Assembly (NCBI GenBank): GCA_045612265.1
Contig: JAZKYT010000018.1
Coordinates: 2,611-66,610 of the forward strand
Source: Candidatus Cryptobacteroides sp.
GTDB lineage: Bacteria; Bacteroidota; Bacteroidia; Bacteroidales; UBA932
Reading direction: 5' to 3'
DNA: 64,000 bases
Part shown: in pieces, positions 8,484-19,484 of the stretch
Position numbering within the stretch: the first letter of the stretch is position 1
Layout: each line of letters starts with the position of its first letter
Notes under the pieces: generated by a model
What the model saw: the letters and a program-made list of their open reading frames with translations, nothing else
What the model was told of the DNA's origin: nothing
Database searches by the model: none
Program-made: the position numbers and the translations under genes

Positions 8484-10574
8484 TTATTTTCTGTGACGGT
8501 AAGCAATGCCCATTGCCTCGTAGTAAGGCATCTCGTGGGCAACCACAACGCTATAATACTTGTCAAGAGCCTCCATAAAGAGAGGATCATCTGCCTTCTT
8601 TGTTCCCTCCCAGACAGGACTTGCATTCCATGCTCTTTCGTAAACACCGCAGACCTTAGGGAAGACATACGAAGTCACGTGGTCAAAGCCTCTCACGGTC
8701 TCTGTCCAGAGCTGAGCCTGAACGCCAACTATGTTCTGCGGCTTCTGGAGCTTTATCTTGCCGTTTGGAGATTTTGCGATATCGCAGATGTTGCCATAAT
8801 CATCCCAGCGTACAGAGCGGTAGATATCGAATGGAAGGAGAGAGAAGCTGCGGCGCTCGTCCACAAAGCCACCCCATGAAAGTCCGCGCTCAGTCTTGTC
8901 CGGGGTATATGCAAAGTCCATATATGTGTTGGTCATGTTCGAAAGAACCACAGGAACATCATCATTTGCATATTTGTATGGATATTCCGCCTGCGCTCCG
9001 CCTGTGTGCCAGAAATTGATGCTGTAGAGGCTCTTCTTCATCCTCTCATACACATGATCCTCAAGATCCATCACGAGTTCCTGCCAGCCGGCGATCTTCA
9101 CACCCTTAGCCTCAGCGAGGTCAAGAACGTGCTCGATGTAGTATGACTTAAGAAGCTCGACATTGTCCCAGCCGCGCTCTGCCATAACCTTCTGGCAAGG
9201 CTCTGAGCCAACCCAAGCACCGTGCGGAACCTCGTCTCCACCCACATGGATAGCCTCAAGCGGCGCACCAGCTGCCTGATGACAAGCGATGATGTGGTCA
9301 AACACCACGTCAATGAACTTGTATGTAGAAGGCATTGCCACATTGATGGCATTGTCTCTATAGTACTGCACAGAAACATACTCAGATGCATCCTGCGGAT
9401 CGTGAAGGATCACAGTGTCGTCACCTGTGCGCTTTGCATATGCCTCCATAGCCTTGATGGCGGCACGCGAGTGGCCTGGTGTATCGAACTCAGGGATAAC
9501 CTTGATGCGGCGCTCCCATGCATACTTCACAATCTCAACATAGTCCTCTGTTGTGAGGTAGCCGTTGGCTGTTGAAGTCATATCCTTAGGGTCGATGCTT
9601 CCGTTGTATGAAGGCATGAGATAGTCCACCTCCTCATATGTGCCGTCAGCCATCTTGACCGGCATTGCATGATGCGCGCCGAAGGAAGTAAGCTCAGGGA
9701 ACTGAGGAATCTCAAGTCTCCAGCCCTCGTCATCACCGAAGTGGAGGTGGAACACGCTTGCCTTGTAGTGGGCAAGGAGATCGATGAACTTGAGGATATT
9801 CTCCTTTGTTGTGAAGTTTCTTGAAATATCGAGCATGAAGCCACGGTACGCGAAGTCCGGCCAGTCCTCAATCACGAGGTTAGGAAGTTCGTTTGAACCG
9901 GCATTTCTCTTCATATTCTCGAGAGTAACCTGTGCATAGAAAGCGCCATCCTCGTCAGCAGCCTCAATGCGGCATTCTCCGTCGAGAGTGATTCTGTACC
10001 AGCCAGCCAAAGGAGCCTCGTCTATGATTACTGCCTCAGGAAGATCTGCAACGACTGTTGTTCCTTCTGTCTTCTGAACGTTCTTTAGTGACGGGATCAT
10101 ATCCCAGACATTGGTCTGAACCTGGTTGTATGGGAAGTCCGGGATATTCTCAGACGGGAGGAACTCATATGTCACCTTGAGCGGAGTCAGCTTGCCCTTG
10201 TGCTCAAGAACAAAACCCTCCGGAGCCCAGCAGTGACGCTGAAGCGGGCTGTCCTTATATGTCACTACAAGCTCATTACCCTCATGCTCATATGGAGTCA
10301 TATAGTAGAGGCAGCCATGAAAGAGAACGATTTCACCCTGTGTCCCTTCCACAGTTTCTCCTGTTCTGATATGATTTGAAGTAAGCCAGATCTTCCAATC
10401 TGCTCCTTCTGGTGCATTAACGACTCTGAGCATATGAATAGCACGGCCTGTTGCGGGATCCTTTTCACCCTCAGTCCACACAACACTGGTCCTTACACCG
10501 CAAGACGAAAAAACAAGCGCAGTCAGCAGAAAAAGTACGGCTGAGAAGATAGATTTTGTTCTAGGTAATTTCAT
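8484..10574 (-). CDS. GH20 beta-N-acetylhexosaminidase, lipoprotein
   Basis: DWPDFAYRGFMLDISRNF, PEFDTPGH, catalytic HVGGDEV, QLWTET; lipobox FSSC. Confidence 0.93.
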   Translation of the reverse strand: MKLPRTKSIFSAVLFLLTALVFSSCGVRTSVVWTEGEKDPATGRAIHMLRVVNAPEGADWKIWLTSNHIRTGETVEGTQGEIVLFHGCLYYMTPYEHEGNELVVTYKDSPLQRHCWAPEGFVLEHKGKLTPLKVTYEFLPSENIPDFPYNQVQTNVWDMIPSLKNVQKTEGTTVVADLPEAVIIDEAPLAGWYRITLDGECRIEAADEDGAFYAQVTLENMKRNAGSNELPNLVIEDWPDFAYRGFMLDISRNFTTKENILKFIDLLAHYKASVFHLHFGDDEGWRLEIPQFPELTSFGAHHAMPVKMADGTYEEVDYLMPSYNGSIDPKDMTSTANGYLTTEDYVEIVKYAWERRIKVIPEFDTPGHSRAAIKAMEAYAKRTGDDTVILHDPQDASEYVSVQYYRDNAINVAMPSTYKFIDVVFDHIIACHQAAGAPLEAIHVGGDEVPHGAWVGSEPCQKVMAERGWDNVELLKSYYIEHVLDLAEAKGVKIAGWQELVMDLEDHVYERMKKSLYSINFWHTGGAQAEYPYKYANDDVPVVLSNMTNTYMDFAYTPDKTERGLSWGGFVDERRSFSLLPFDIYRSVRWDDYGNICDIAKSPNGKIKLQKPQNIVGVQAQLWTETVRGFDHVTSYVFPKVCGVYERAWNASPVWEGTKKADDPLFMEALDKYYSVVVAHEMPYYEAMGIAYRHRK

Positions 10575-10638
10575 GTTCAACAAGACTTTTATATATTTAC
10601 ATATTATGCGAAGTTAATCAATTTCGGGTAAAATTATA

Positions 10639-10646
10639 TACATTTG
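10639..10646 (+). promoter_or_regulatory. Bacteroidetes -7 promoter element (TACATTTG) for SGNH-GH2 operon
   Basis: Matches TAnnTTTG about 25 nt upstream of ATG 10671. Confidence 0.6.
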
Positions 10647-10670
10647 CATGAAGTCGTAATCATTATCATT

Positions 10671-11327
10671 ATGAAAAGAATCATCTCCATCATTGCTGCA
10701 GGTATTCTGTTCCCGCTCGTCGCTTCCGCTCAGGATTGGGCGAACACTGCCAGATATGCTCAGGAAAACAAGCTGGTCACTGTGAAGCCAAAGGCTGTAT
10801 TCATTGGTGACAGCATCACCCAGTGCTGGCCGGACTCCGATCCGACATTCTTCACAGACAACAATTTCCTTTGCCGTGGTATATCTGGCCAGACCACTTC
10901 TCATATGCTATGTCGTTTCAGAAAGGACGTCCTGGCACTTGCTCCTGAGTATGTGGTGATTCTGGGAGGTACAAATGATATCGCTCTTAACAATGGTCCG
11001 ATGTCGGTGGAAGACATATATAATAATATCATCTCGATGTGTGAGATTGCCACCGTCAATGGTGTGGTGCCTGTCATATGCTCGGTTCTCCCAAGCAAGG
11101 GCTACCATTGGCGCCCTGAGGTCACTGATGTCGGTGATCAGATAATCAGGCTGAACAATATGCTCAAGGATTATGCATCGCAGAAGCATGTTCTCTATGT
11201 CGATTATCATTCTGTGATGAAGGATGCAGAGAATGGGCTTCCTGAAGACCTTTCATATGATGGATGTCATGCCACCTTGAAGGGATACAAGATAATGGAA
11301 GAAGTCGTATTAAGAGTATTGAAATAA
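10671..11327 (+). CDS. SGNH/GDSL esterase (putative carbohydrate acetylesterase)
   Basis: FIGDSIT, GISGQTT, GGTND, DGCH catalytic blocks; signal peptide. Confidence 0.9.
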   Translation: MKRIISIIAAGILFPLVASAQDWANTARYAQENKLVTVKPKAVFIGDSITQCWPDSDPTFFTDNNFLCRGISGQTTSHMLCRFRKDVLALAPEYVVILGGTNDIALNNGPMSVEDIYNNIISMCEIATVNGVVPVICSVLPSKGYHWRPEVTDVGDQIIRLNNMLKDYASQKHVLYVDYHSVMKDAENGLPEDLSYDGCHATLKGYKIMEEVVLRVLK

Positions 11328-13768
11328 TGAGAAATACGTTGGCGATATTAGCCTGCCTACTGATTACATTTGTATCTGGCGCACAGGTTTCACGCGAAAG
11401 AATCAATTTCGACAAGGGATGGGGATTTGCTTTCGGAGATGCATCCTCCCCTGCCAAAGATTTCGGCTGCGGCACAGAATACTTCAATTATCTGACAAAG
11501 GCTGCTTCCATTCATAACGAGGGACCATATTCAATGAAGTTCGATGCTTCAGGCTGGGCGGAGGTGGACGTGCCTCATGACTGGGTGGTGGACCTTCCAT
11601 ATGCTGAAGAGGCGAGCCATAGCCACGGATACAAGACTGTAGGCTACAAATACCCACAGACCAGCGTAGGCTGGTATCGCAAGACTTTCACCGTCCCGGA
11701 AGATGATAACGGAAAACATCTCTGGCTTCAGTTCGATGGCATTTTCCGCGATTCACGAGTGTGGGTGAATGGTTTCTATCTCGGTGGAGAGCCTAGCGGA
11801 TATGCAGTTCAGACATATGATATTTCTGAATATCTGAATTACGGCGGAGAGAACATCGTCTGTGTACGCGTGGATGCATCGTTGGAGGAGGGGTGGTTCT
11901 ACGAGGGAGCCGGAATATATCGTCACGTGTGGCTGAACAAGGCTTCTTCACTTCACGTTGCACCGTTCGGCACATTCGTCCGGGCAGAATTTCCGGGAGA
12001 TTCCGACAATTGTGATGATGTTTTCCTTGATATCGATACTGAAGTCCGTAATATGTCGGCTGCCACAACAGGAACTGCGTATATACTCAGACATACTCTG
12101 ATGGATGCCAGCGGCAGCAAGGCTGCATATTGCGAAGTGGAAGGAGAGACTCTTTCTGGCAAGGATTCCGATAACACTAACGCGAGAATGAAAGTTGAGA
12201 ATCCTCATCTATGGAGCTGTGAGGATCCGTATCTGTACACGCTTGTAACTGAGGTAACTCTGGACGGAAGGATTATGGATACGTATGAGACTGTGACAGG
12301 TATCCGCAAAGCCGAGTTCGACAAGGACAAGGGTTTTCTTCTGAACGGCAAACAGGTGAAGCTCAAGGGCGTGAATGTGCATCAGGACCACGCGGGAGTC
12401 GGAAGCGGCATCCCTGACGGACTTCAGGAGTGGAGACTGATGCAGCTCAAGAAGTTCGGATGCAATGCCTATCGTTCAAGTCATAACCCGATGACTCCTG
12501 AACTTCTGGACGCGTGCGACAGGCTCGGCATCCTGGTCATTGAGGAAAACCGTCTGACAGGTATCAATTCCATGCATACGGAGCTTTTGGAAAGGATGAT
12601 ACGAAGGGACAGGAACCATCCTTCCATTATCCTCTGGAGCGTAGGCAACGAGGAATGGGGGCTTGAGTGGAATGATTTCGGCCGTCGCATCGCTGAATCC
12701 ATGAGGGAATACTGCCACAGATTCGATCCGTCACGCCTTATGTCAGTAGCATCAAGCAGCGGTCCGAACATTCTTGTGCCGGCTGACGTCGCAGGTTACA
12801 ATTATATTCTCCAGAACCCTGTGGACAAGCATCGCGAGGATTATCCTGAACGTTGCGCAGTGGGATCTGAGGAGACCACCGGATGTGGAACGAGAGGTAT
12901 ATATTTCGATTCTGCCGAGGGTTCATCAGAGAGGGCTGCAGTGGACGCAGGAGGCGGCCGCATGGTGGCCTTGAACCGTAAGCCACATGGTCCTGACAGT
13001 CTGTTCAACTGCATTGAGAGAGGCTGGAAGTTCTATGCTGAACGTCCTTGGCTGGGAGGTCTGTTCTATTGGACCGGATTCGATTACCGTGGTGAACCGA
13101 ATCCTATGGTTTTCCCGGCTACAAGTTCTGAATTCGGAATCCTTGACTACTGCGGATTCCCGAAAGACGAGGCATATTATCTGAAGGCATGGTGGACAGA
13201 TGAGCCGGTTCTTCATATTCTTCCTCATTGGAATCTTAAAGGGCACGAAGGAGAAACTGTATCAATATGGGTATATAGTAACCTCGACGAGGTTCAGCTA
13301 GTTGTGAACGGAGTCAAGATGGAGCGCAAGGCGATGCCGGAGAACGGCCATCTTGAATGGACAGCCGAGTATCAGCCCGGATACGTTAAGGCAATCGGCT
13401 ACCGCGATAGCAAGAAAGTCATGGAGCGACGTCTGGACACAACAGGAGAGGCTGTCGATATCGTCTGGACCCATGAGGTGGTCGGCGAGACGATGATTGC
13501 ATGCGTCGTAATGCGCGACAGCAAGGGACGATTCGTACCTACAGACAATTCTGAAATTTCATTCAGTGCTCCTGCAGGATGGAGGATTCTCGGATGGGGC
13601 AACGGAGACCCTGCTTTCCAGTATGTCGAGCGCCCTGTAGTGTCTGGCAAATCCGCAAACGATAATGTCTGCACCCCTGCGCTTGACAAGGATGCAGACA
13701 CAATATCAGTTCACGTCTTTAACGGACTCGCGCAGGTTATTCTGCAGAAGATACAGCCCGCACTATAG
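11327..13768 (+). CDS. GH2 beta-galactosidase (GalA-like)
   Basis: ATG overlaps upstream TAA; [42 protein letters not shown]. Confidence 0.88.
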   Translation: MRNTLAILACLLITFVSGAQVSRERINFDKGWGFAFGDASSPAKDFGCGTEYFNYLTKAASIHNEGPYSMKFDASGWAEVDVPHDWVVDLPYAEEASHSHGYKTVGYKYPQTSVGWYRKTFTVPEDDNGKHLWLQFDGIFRDSRVWVNGFYLGGEPSGYAVQTYDISEYLNYGGENIVCVRVDASLEEGWFYEGAGIYRHVWLNKASSLHVAPFGTFVRAEFPGDSDNCDDVFLDIDTEVRNMSAATTGTAYILRHTLMDASGSKAAYCEVEGETLSGKDSDNTNARMKVENPHLWSCEDPYLYTLVTEVTLDGRIMDTYETVTGIRKAEFDKDKGFLLNGKQVKLKGVNVHQDHAGVGSGIPDGLQEWRLMQLKKFGCNAYRSSHNPMTPELLDACDRLGILVIEENRLTGINSMHTELLERMIRRDRNHPSIILWSVGNEEWGLEWNDFGRRIAESMREYCHRFDPSRLMSVASSSGPNILVPADVAGYNYILQNPVDKHREDYPERCAVGSEETTGCGTRGIYFDSAEGSSERAAVDAGGGRMVALNRKPHGPDSLFNCIERGWKFYAERPWLGGLFYWTGFDYRGEPNPMVFPATSSEFGILDYCGFPKDEAYYLKAWWTDEPVLHILPHWNLKGHEGETVSIWVYSNLDEVQLVVNGVKMERKAMPENGHLEWTAEYQPGYVKAIGYRDSKKVMERRLDTTGEAVDIVWTHEVVGETMIACVVMRDSKGRFVPTDNSEISFSAPAGWRILGWGNGDPAFQYVERPVVSGKSANDNVCTPALDKDADTISVHVFNGLAQVILQKIQPAL

Positions 13769-16252
13769 AACAACTAAGACCTTGTGGTCACCTGGCGAGA
13801 ACGGAACAAGATTTCCTTCAAGCGGAGAACCGTCGAGAGTAATTTCCTTGATGCCGCAGCTCACGCCAGACTGGTTCTGGACAGTGATTTCGTAGGATGC
13901 CCCTCTGAAGCGGCGGTTCACTGTATATTCCTTCCACTGCGAGCAGATACATGGTGCGATTTCGAGGCCGTCATATGCCGGCTTCACTCCAAGGATATAC
14001 TGGGTGATCGCATACCAGTTCCATGCAGCTGTACCTGTGAGCCAGCTATTCTTGGCTTCGCCTGGCACAGCAGCATCCTTTCCAGCTATCATCTGTGAAT
14101 ATACATAAGGCTCTACCTTATGCAGGGCACTGTTCTGCTCTGTGTATGCAGGGCATATCTTTCTATAATATTCCCATGCCTGGTCACCGCGGCCTAGGAC
14201 TGTCTCTCCGATGATCACCCAAGGATTGTTGTGACAGAAGATGCCGGCATTCTCCTTGTATCCGGCAGGATATGATGAGATTTCACCGTACTCAACGAAG
14301 TACTTTGTAAACGCCGGGTTGTTGAGAACAATACCATGTTCGCAGTCCAGACGCTCCTTCACAGAATCAAGAGCCTTCTGTACCATTCCCTCTTCCAGAC
14401 CGATTCCAGCCATAGAGCACCAGCCCTGCGACTCGATGAAGATCTGGCCTTCCTCATTCTCGTGTGAACCGATCTTGCGGCCGAAGAAATCGTATGCTCG
14501 GAGATACCAGTCACCGTCCCAGCCATGTTTCTTCACAGCCTCAACCATATTGTCTACCAATCTCTGGGCACGTTCTGCCTCCTCTGTCTTGCCGAGATAT
14601 CTGCAAAGCTCCACATAGTCCTTTCCGCAGACTACAAAGAGGCCTGCAATCATGAGGGACTCTGCCTGAGAGCCTTCAGTCTTGTTCTCAGTTGTCTGGA
14701 AGGACTCATTCGGATCCCAGGAGAAACAGTTGAGGTTCAGACAGTCATTCCAGTCGGCACGACCGATGAGAGGAAGCATATGAGGTCCAAGGTTATTCAC
14801 AACATGGTCGAACGAGATGCGGAGATGCTCCATCAAAGAGACCTCGCTGCCAGGCTCATTGTCAAATGGCACCGGTTCATCCAGAATGCTGAAATCGCCT
14901 GTTTCCTTGATATATGCCACTGTACCGAAGATCAGCCACATAGGGTCGTCGTTGAAACCGCCGCCGATATCATTGTTTCCGCGCTTGGTCAAAGGCTGAT
15001 ACTGATGATAACATCCGCCATCCGGGAACTGTGTGGAAGCAATGTCGATGATTCTCTCACGGGCACGTTCAGGAATCTGATGCACGAAGCCTACAAGGTC
15101 CTGGTTGGAGTCACGGAATCCCATTCCACGGCCGATTCCGCTCTCGAAGAACGATGCAGAACGGGACATGTTGAAGGTTACCATGCACTGATACTGATTC
15201 CAGATGTTCACCATTCTGTCCATCTTCTCCTCTGGACTCTTCACAGAATAGATACTCAAAAGATTATCCCAATACAATTTCAGTTCAGCAAATGCCTGAT
15301 CCACCTTCTCTGAAGTATCATATGCTGCAATTGCCGCCTGGGCCTTGATCTTGTTTATCACCGGAGAGCTTCCGCTATGAAGCAGACCCGGAACCTCATA
15401 CACGAGCTTTCCGTCCTGATCAAGCTGGAATTTTTCATCCTGCTCATTCTCCACATAACCAAGCACAAATACATAGTCCTTGCTCTCTCCTGCTGCAAGT
15501 TCCACCTCGATACAGTGGGAGGCCACAGGACTCCAGCCATGTGCCACACTGTTGCCTGAAGTGCCTGCCATCACCTGCTGAGGATCGCGGAACTCGTTAT
15601 ACAGACCGATGAACGTCTCCCTGTCTGTATCAAAACCGCAGATCTGTGCATTCACACTATAATATGCATAGTGGTTACGACGCTCCTTATATTCAGTCTT
15701 GTGATATATCACCGAACCATCCACCTCAACCTCACCTGTCGAGAAGTTGCGCTGGAAATTTTCCATATCGGTTGCGGCATTCCAAAGACACCACTCTGCA
15801 AAAGAATACAACTTGAACTTCTTATTCTGATCAGACGTATTGCGCAGAGTCATCTTCTGCACCTCGCACCAGGCTCCGAGAGGAACAAAGAAGAGGACAC
15901 TGGCCTCAACTCCGTTCTTGGCTCCAGTAATGCGCGAATAGCTCATTCCATGGCGGCACTCGTAGAAATCAAGCGGAGTCTTGCACGGTTTCCAGCCTGG
16001 AGACCAGACAACACCACCATCGTTGATATAGAAATATCTTCCACCATTATCCATCGGAACATTGTTGTAGCGATAGCGGGTAATGCGGCGGAACTTCGCA
16101 TCCTTGTAGAACGAATAACCACCGGCCGTATTTGAAATCAGCGAGAAGAAGTCCTCATTTCCAAGATAGTTGATCCATGGCCAAGGGGTCATGGGGTCAG
16201 TGATGACATATTCGCGATTTGCATCATCAAAGTATCCGAATGTATGTTTCAT
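13763..16252 (-). CDS. GH94 cellobiose (or chitobiose) phosphorylase
   Basis: [49 protein letters not shown]; no signal peptide. Confidence 0.9.
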   Translation of the reverse strand: MKHTFGYFDDANREYVITDPMTPWPWINYLGNEDFFSLISNTAGGYSFYKDAKFRRITRYRYNNVPMDNGGRYFYINDGGVVWSPGWKPCKTPLDFYECRHGMSYSRITGAKNGVEASVLFFVPLGAWCEVQKMTLRNTSDQNKKFKLYSFAEWCLWNAATDMENFQRNFSTGEVEVDGSVIYHKTEYKERRNHYAYYSVNAQICGFDTDRETFIGLYNEFRDPQQVMAGTSGNSVAHGWSPVASHCIEVELAAGESKDYVFVLGYVENEQDEKFQLDQDGKLVYEVPGLLHSGSSPVINKIKAQAAIAAYDTSEKVDQAFAELKLYWDNLLSIYSVKSPEEKMDRMVNIWNQYQCMVTFNMSRSASFFESGIGRGMGFRDSNQDLVGFVHQIPERARERIIDIASTQFPDGGCYHQYQPLTKRGNNDIGGGFNDDPMWLIFGTVAYIKETGDFSILDEPVPFDNEPGSEVSLMEHLRISFDHVVNNLGPHMLPLIGRADWNDCLNLNCFSWDPNESFQTTENKTEGSQAESLMIAGLFVVCGKDYVELCRYLGKTEEAERAQRLVDNMVEAVKKHGWDGDWYLRAYDFFGRKIGSHENEEGQIFIESQGWCSMAGIGLEEGMVQKALDSVKERLDCEHGIVLNNPAFTKYFVEYGEISSYPAGYKENAGIFCHNNPWVIIGETVLGRGDQAWEYYRKICPAYTEQNSALHKVEPYVYSQMIAGKDAAVPGEAKNSWLTGTAAWNWYAITQYILGVKPAYDGLEIAPCICSQWKEYTVNRRFRGASYEITVQNQSGVSCGIKEITLDGSPLEGNLVPFSPGDHKVLVVL

Positions 16253-16263
16253 AGATTATATAT

Positions 16264-18456
16264 TTATTCAGCTGTGAGATAAAGTACGCGGCTGCTCCAG
16301 TCATCCTGCTTGTGATAGTCGACCATATGCTTGAGAGGTATCTCAAGTCCGTTTTCCATCAGGAATCTGCCACTGAACGATAGTCCTTCATATGGAAGCG
16401 GCTCGTTGTCGATGCGGTTCAGCTCGCGGATCTTATATATCTTTTCTGGATCCAGTCCCGCCATTCTTACTCTAGGAAGATGGTCATCATAGAAGGTCTC
16501 CGTCTTCCACCAATAGAACACAGCCTGAGATTTCTCCTCAGAGACATACATCAGCGATGCCATATTATGTCCATCATATGGAGAGACCAGGCGATAGAGG
16601 TCTCCGAACTGCACGACAGGGCGGATTTCCTTATATTCCGCAATAGCATTACGACACAAGTCCTTCTCCTGCTCGGTCATATTCTTTGGCTGGATTTCCA
16701 TTCCGAGACGTCCGCTCATAGCCACATCGATACGATACTTGATGGAAGTAGTACGGAATACCGTATGGTTAGGGGTTGCACTTATATGTGAAGCCATAGC
16801 GATTGCAGGGAAGAAATATGAGGTTCCCCATTGCATATACACTCGTTGAAGGGCATCTGTATTGTCGCTCACCCAGAACTCATCGAACCAAGGGAGCACT
16901 CCCCAATTCGCACGACCGCCTCCTGAAGCACAGGCCTGAATGGTTACATCAGGATATTTAGCTCTGATTCTGTCGCATACTGCAGCAAATCCACGATGAT
17001 ATTCAATATACATATGGCTCTGCTTGTCCATAGGAAGATACTGGGATCCGTGATTTGAGATCGGCATATTCGCATCCCACTTGATATAGTCAATCTTCGG
17101 ATTCTCCGTCAGAAGGTCATCCACAAGATCAAAGATGAAATCCTGTACCTTAGGATTCGCTAGATCAAGCACCAGCTGAGTGCCACCACGGCCTGTCACA
17201 ACCTCACGCTCCGGTGCCTTGATAACCCAGTCCGGATGCTTTTCATAAAGTTCACTGACGGTGTTTGTCATCTCCGGCTCAATCCATATGCCGAACTTGA
17301 TTCCATGTGCATCAGCGCGCTCCACCAGCCAGCCTATACCATTGGGCAGCTTGTTGCGGTCAACCACCCAGTCTCCGAGGGAACTGTTATCGACCTTGCG
17401 TGGGTATTTTTCTCCAAACCAACCATCGTCCATCACAAAGAGTTCACCGCCCATCGAAGCGATATCGCCCATCATCTGGTCCATACCAGGTTCATTGATA
17501 TCAAAATATACTCCCTCCCAGCTATTGAGAAGAATCTTGCGTAGTTTGTCACCGTGGGCCAGCTTATATTTTCTACCCCACTTGTGAAAATTACGGCTCG
17601 CTCCGCTATGACCTTCTTCTGAATATGTCAGAGCCAGTTCAGGAGTCTTGAAGACCTCCTTCGGTTCAAGGATATATGAGGAGTTGTCAGGATTGATTCC
17701 AGCATAGAATTCGTGGTAATCCGTATCCTTGGTATCGATTCGAAGCTCGTAGTTTCCACTGTAGCAAAGAGCAGCTCCGATAACGCGTCCCTGATTTTCC
17801 TGAGGCTTTCCATCCAGTGAAAACATTACCTCAGAATGATCCGTGTGCGAATTTCGTGCTCCATCCTTGTTCTTGATTACCACCATTCCTCTCTCAAGAG
17901 GCTCCTGAATCAGTCTGCCTTCACTTGCCCAGGTTCCGTGAATGTGGCTCAACCATACATCTCCGACGCGAACAGGAAGATATCCCGAATCAAAACGGGT
18001 CAGTGTAACAGGTTTCTTTTCAAGGTTCTCGATCTCAGTCCAGGTTTCGATCATATCCACATCTTTATATGCACGATAGCACACAGTCACATAAAAAGGA
18101 TAAACAGTATCCTTGAGTTTGATGCGGGTAATCTTTGCTGAAGGTTCATCTGTATGTTCTACAGACTCAACCTTCAGGACTGTGGACATATTGCCATCTG
18201 CGTGAGTAAGGGCGACAGACGCCTCTCCTGCACAATAAAAACCATAAGCGGGATATGCATCGTGGTCTGGAACACCTGCAGACTGAAGGTTTGCAAAATC
18301 TACATCAGAGAGCAAGCCACCGAAATACTGAATCTTCAGCTGTGAACCGGGCTCGGCATTCAGTACCATTTCAATATTCGGTGTGGCAAGGCGGATCTGT
18401 GCGAGAGCAGAAAAAGCAACAGCCATTAAGGCAAACACAGAAATCACTCGTTTCAT
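16264..18456 (-). CDS. GH36 alpha-galactosidase
   Basis: LNSWEGVYFD, FVMDDGWFG, FGIWIEPEM, YIKWDAN, CASGGGR, WVSDNTD. Confidence 0.93.
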   Translation of the reverse strand: MKRVISVFALMAVAFSALAQIRLATPNIEMVLNAEPGSQLKIQYFGGLLSDVDFANLQSAGVPDHDAYPAYGFYCAGEASVALTHADGNMSTVLKVESVEHTDEPSAKITRIKLKDTVYPFYVTVCYRAYKDVDMIETWTEIENLEKKPVTLTRFDSGYLPVRVGDVWLSHIHGTWASEGRLIQEPLERGMVVIKNKDGARNSHTDHSEVMFSLDGKPQENQGRVIGAALCYSGNYELRIDTKDTDYHEFYAGINPDNSSYILEPKEVFKTPELALTYSEEGHSGASRNFHKWGRKYKLAHGDKLRKILLNSWEGVYFDINEPGMDQMMGDIASMGGELFVMDDGWFGEKYPRKVDNSSLGDWVVDRNKLPNGIGWLVERADAHGIKFGIWIEPEMTNTVSELYEKHPDWVIKAPEREVVTGRGGTQLVLDLANPKVQDFIFDLVDDLLTENPKIDYIKWDANMPISNHGSQYLPMDKQSHMYIEYHRGFAAVCDRIRAKYPDVTIQACASGGGRANWGVLPWFDEFWVSDNTDALQRVYMQWGTSYFFPAIAMASHISATPNHTVFRTTSIKYRIDVAMSGRLGMEIQPKNMTEQEKDLCRNAIAEYKEIRPVVQFGDLYRLVSPYDGHNMASLMYVSEEKSQAVFYWWKTETFYDDHLPRVRMAGLDPEKIYKIRELNRIDNEPLPYEGLSFSGRFLMENGLEIPLKHMVDYHKQDDWSSRVLYLTAE

Positions 18457-18479
18457 ATAGGGTTGATTAAGTTTAAAGT

Positions 18480-19448
18480 TTACAACTGGGATTTTACATA
18501 TTTACCCCAAGGCCTCAGATCATCTTCAGTCCAAGGACCTTCAGAGGTTGCTGTAGGATAGAGCATCGAACAAGTTTCCTCCTTATCTGAAATCGACCAG
18601 AATGCATAGCTTATATCATTAGCTTCCATCCAATCGATCCAATCCCTTGTGGACTCGTCGTCAATCGGGCCCTGTCCATCTGCATTCATTCCGCCGCACT
18701 CGGTAACAAAAAGCGCAAGACCTTTCGACATAGCATAATCGCCCTTTGCTCTCAGCCATTCCTTGTGAGTTCCGGCATAGAAATGTAGAGTATACATAAG
18801 ATTATCATAGCCGATGATAGGATCGTCAGCAGCATCGTCAACATTCTGAGACCAGCGAGGAGTGCCTACGACTATAACCGCATCCTTCTCGACAGCTCTG
18901 ATAGCCTTGATTACTTCAATAGAATATTCCTTGATTTCGGCCCAGGTGTAGTCAATCTGATTGATATGATCCTTATATGATGGCTCATTCCATATCTCAT
19001 ATATGACATTAGGTACGCCTTGGTACTTTGTCGCCATATATGTGAAGAATTCCACGGCTTCTGCTGTATGAAGTCCATGTGCGTGCCAATCAACAATAAC
19101 ATATACGCCATTTTCAATTGCCGCATCCACAATAGCACAGGCGGATTCCTTACCGAATGTCGGATCGTCCAGATAACATGGAGAGTTGTTCTCGCTTGCT
19201 CTCAGTTCAACTCCGACAGCAGCCCTCACAAACTCTGCCTTCCAATCATCGATCACATGCTTGACTGCGCCAGCATTATAGAAACGAGGCCATAGGCAGT
19301 TCCATCCGAAGCTCATGCCTTTCATCTGAACGACCTGTCCTGATTCATTAACCAATTTAGTTCCCTCGACATGCAGAGGTTCAACATCATTCTTCTGTCC
19401 GCAAGCGATGCAGCACAACAGAGACAATAAGAACAAAGCTCTTTTCAT
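18480..19448 (-). CDS. GH5 (subfamily 2-like) endoglucanase, lipoprotein
   Basis: YVIVDWH, YEIWNEP, TLHFYA, FVTECG; lipobox IAC. Confidence 0.88.
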   Translation of the reverse strand: MKRALFLLSLLCCIACGQKNDVEPLHVEGTKLVNESGQVVQMKGMSFGWNCLWPRFYNAGAVKHVIDDWKAEFVRAAVGVELRASENNSPCYLDDPTFGKESACAIVDAAIENGVYVIVDWHAHGLHTAEAVEFFTYMATKYQGVPNVIYEIWNEPSYKDHINQIDYTWAEIKEYSIEVIKAIRAVEKDAVIVVGTPRWSQNVDDAADDPIIGYDNLMYTLHFYAGTHKEWLRAKGDYAMSKGLALFVTECGGMNADGQGPIDDESTRDWIDWMEANDISYAFWSISDKEETCSMLYPTATSEGPWTEDDLRPWGKYVKSQL

Positions 19449-19484
19449 AACCAGAGTGTATTACATATTGTGATTATCAGATGA

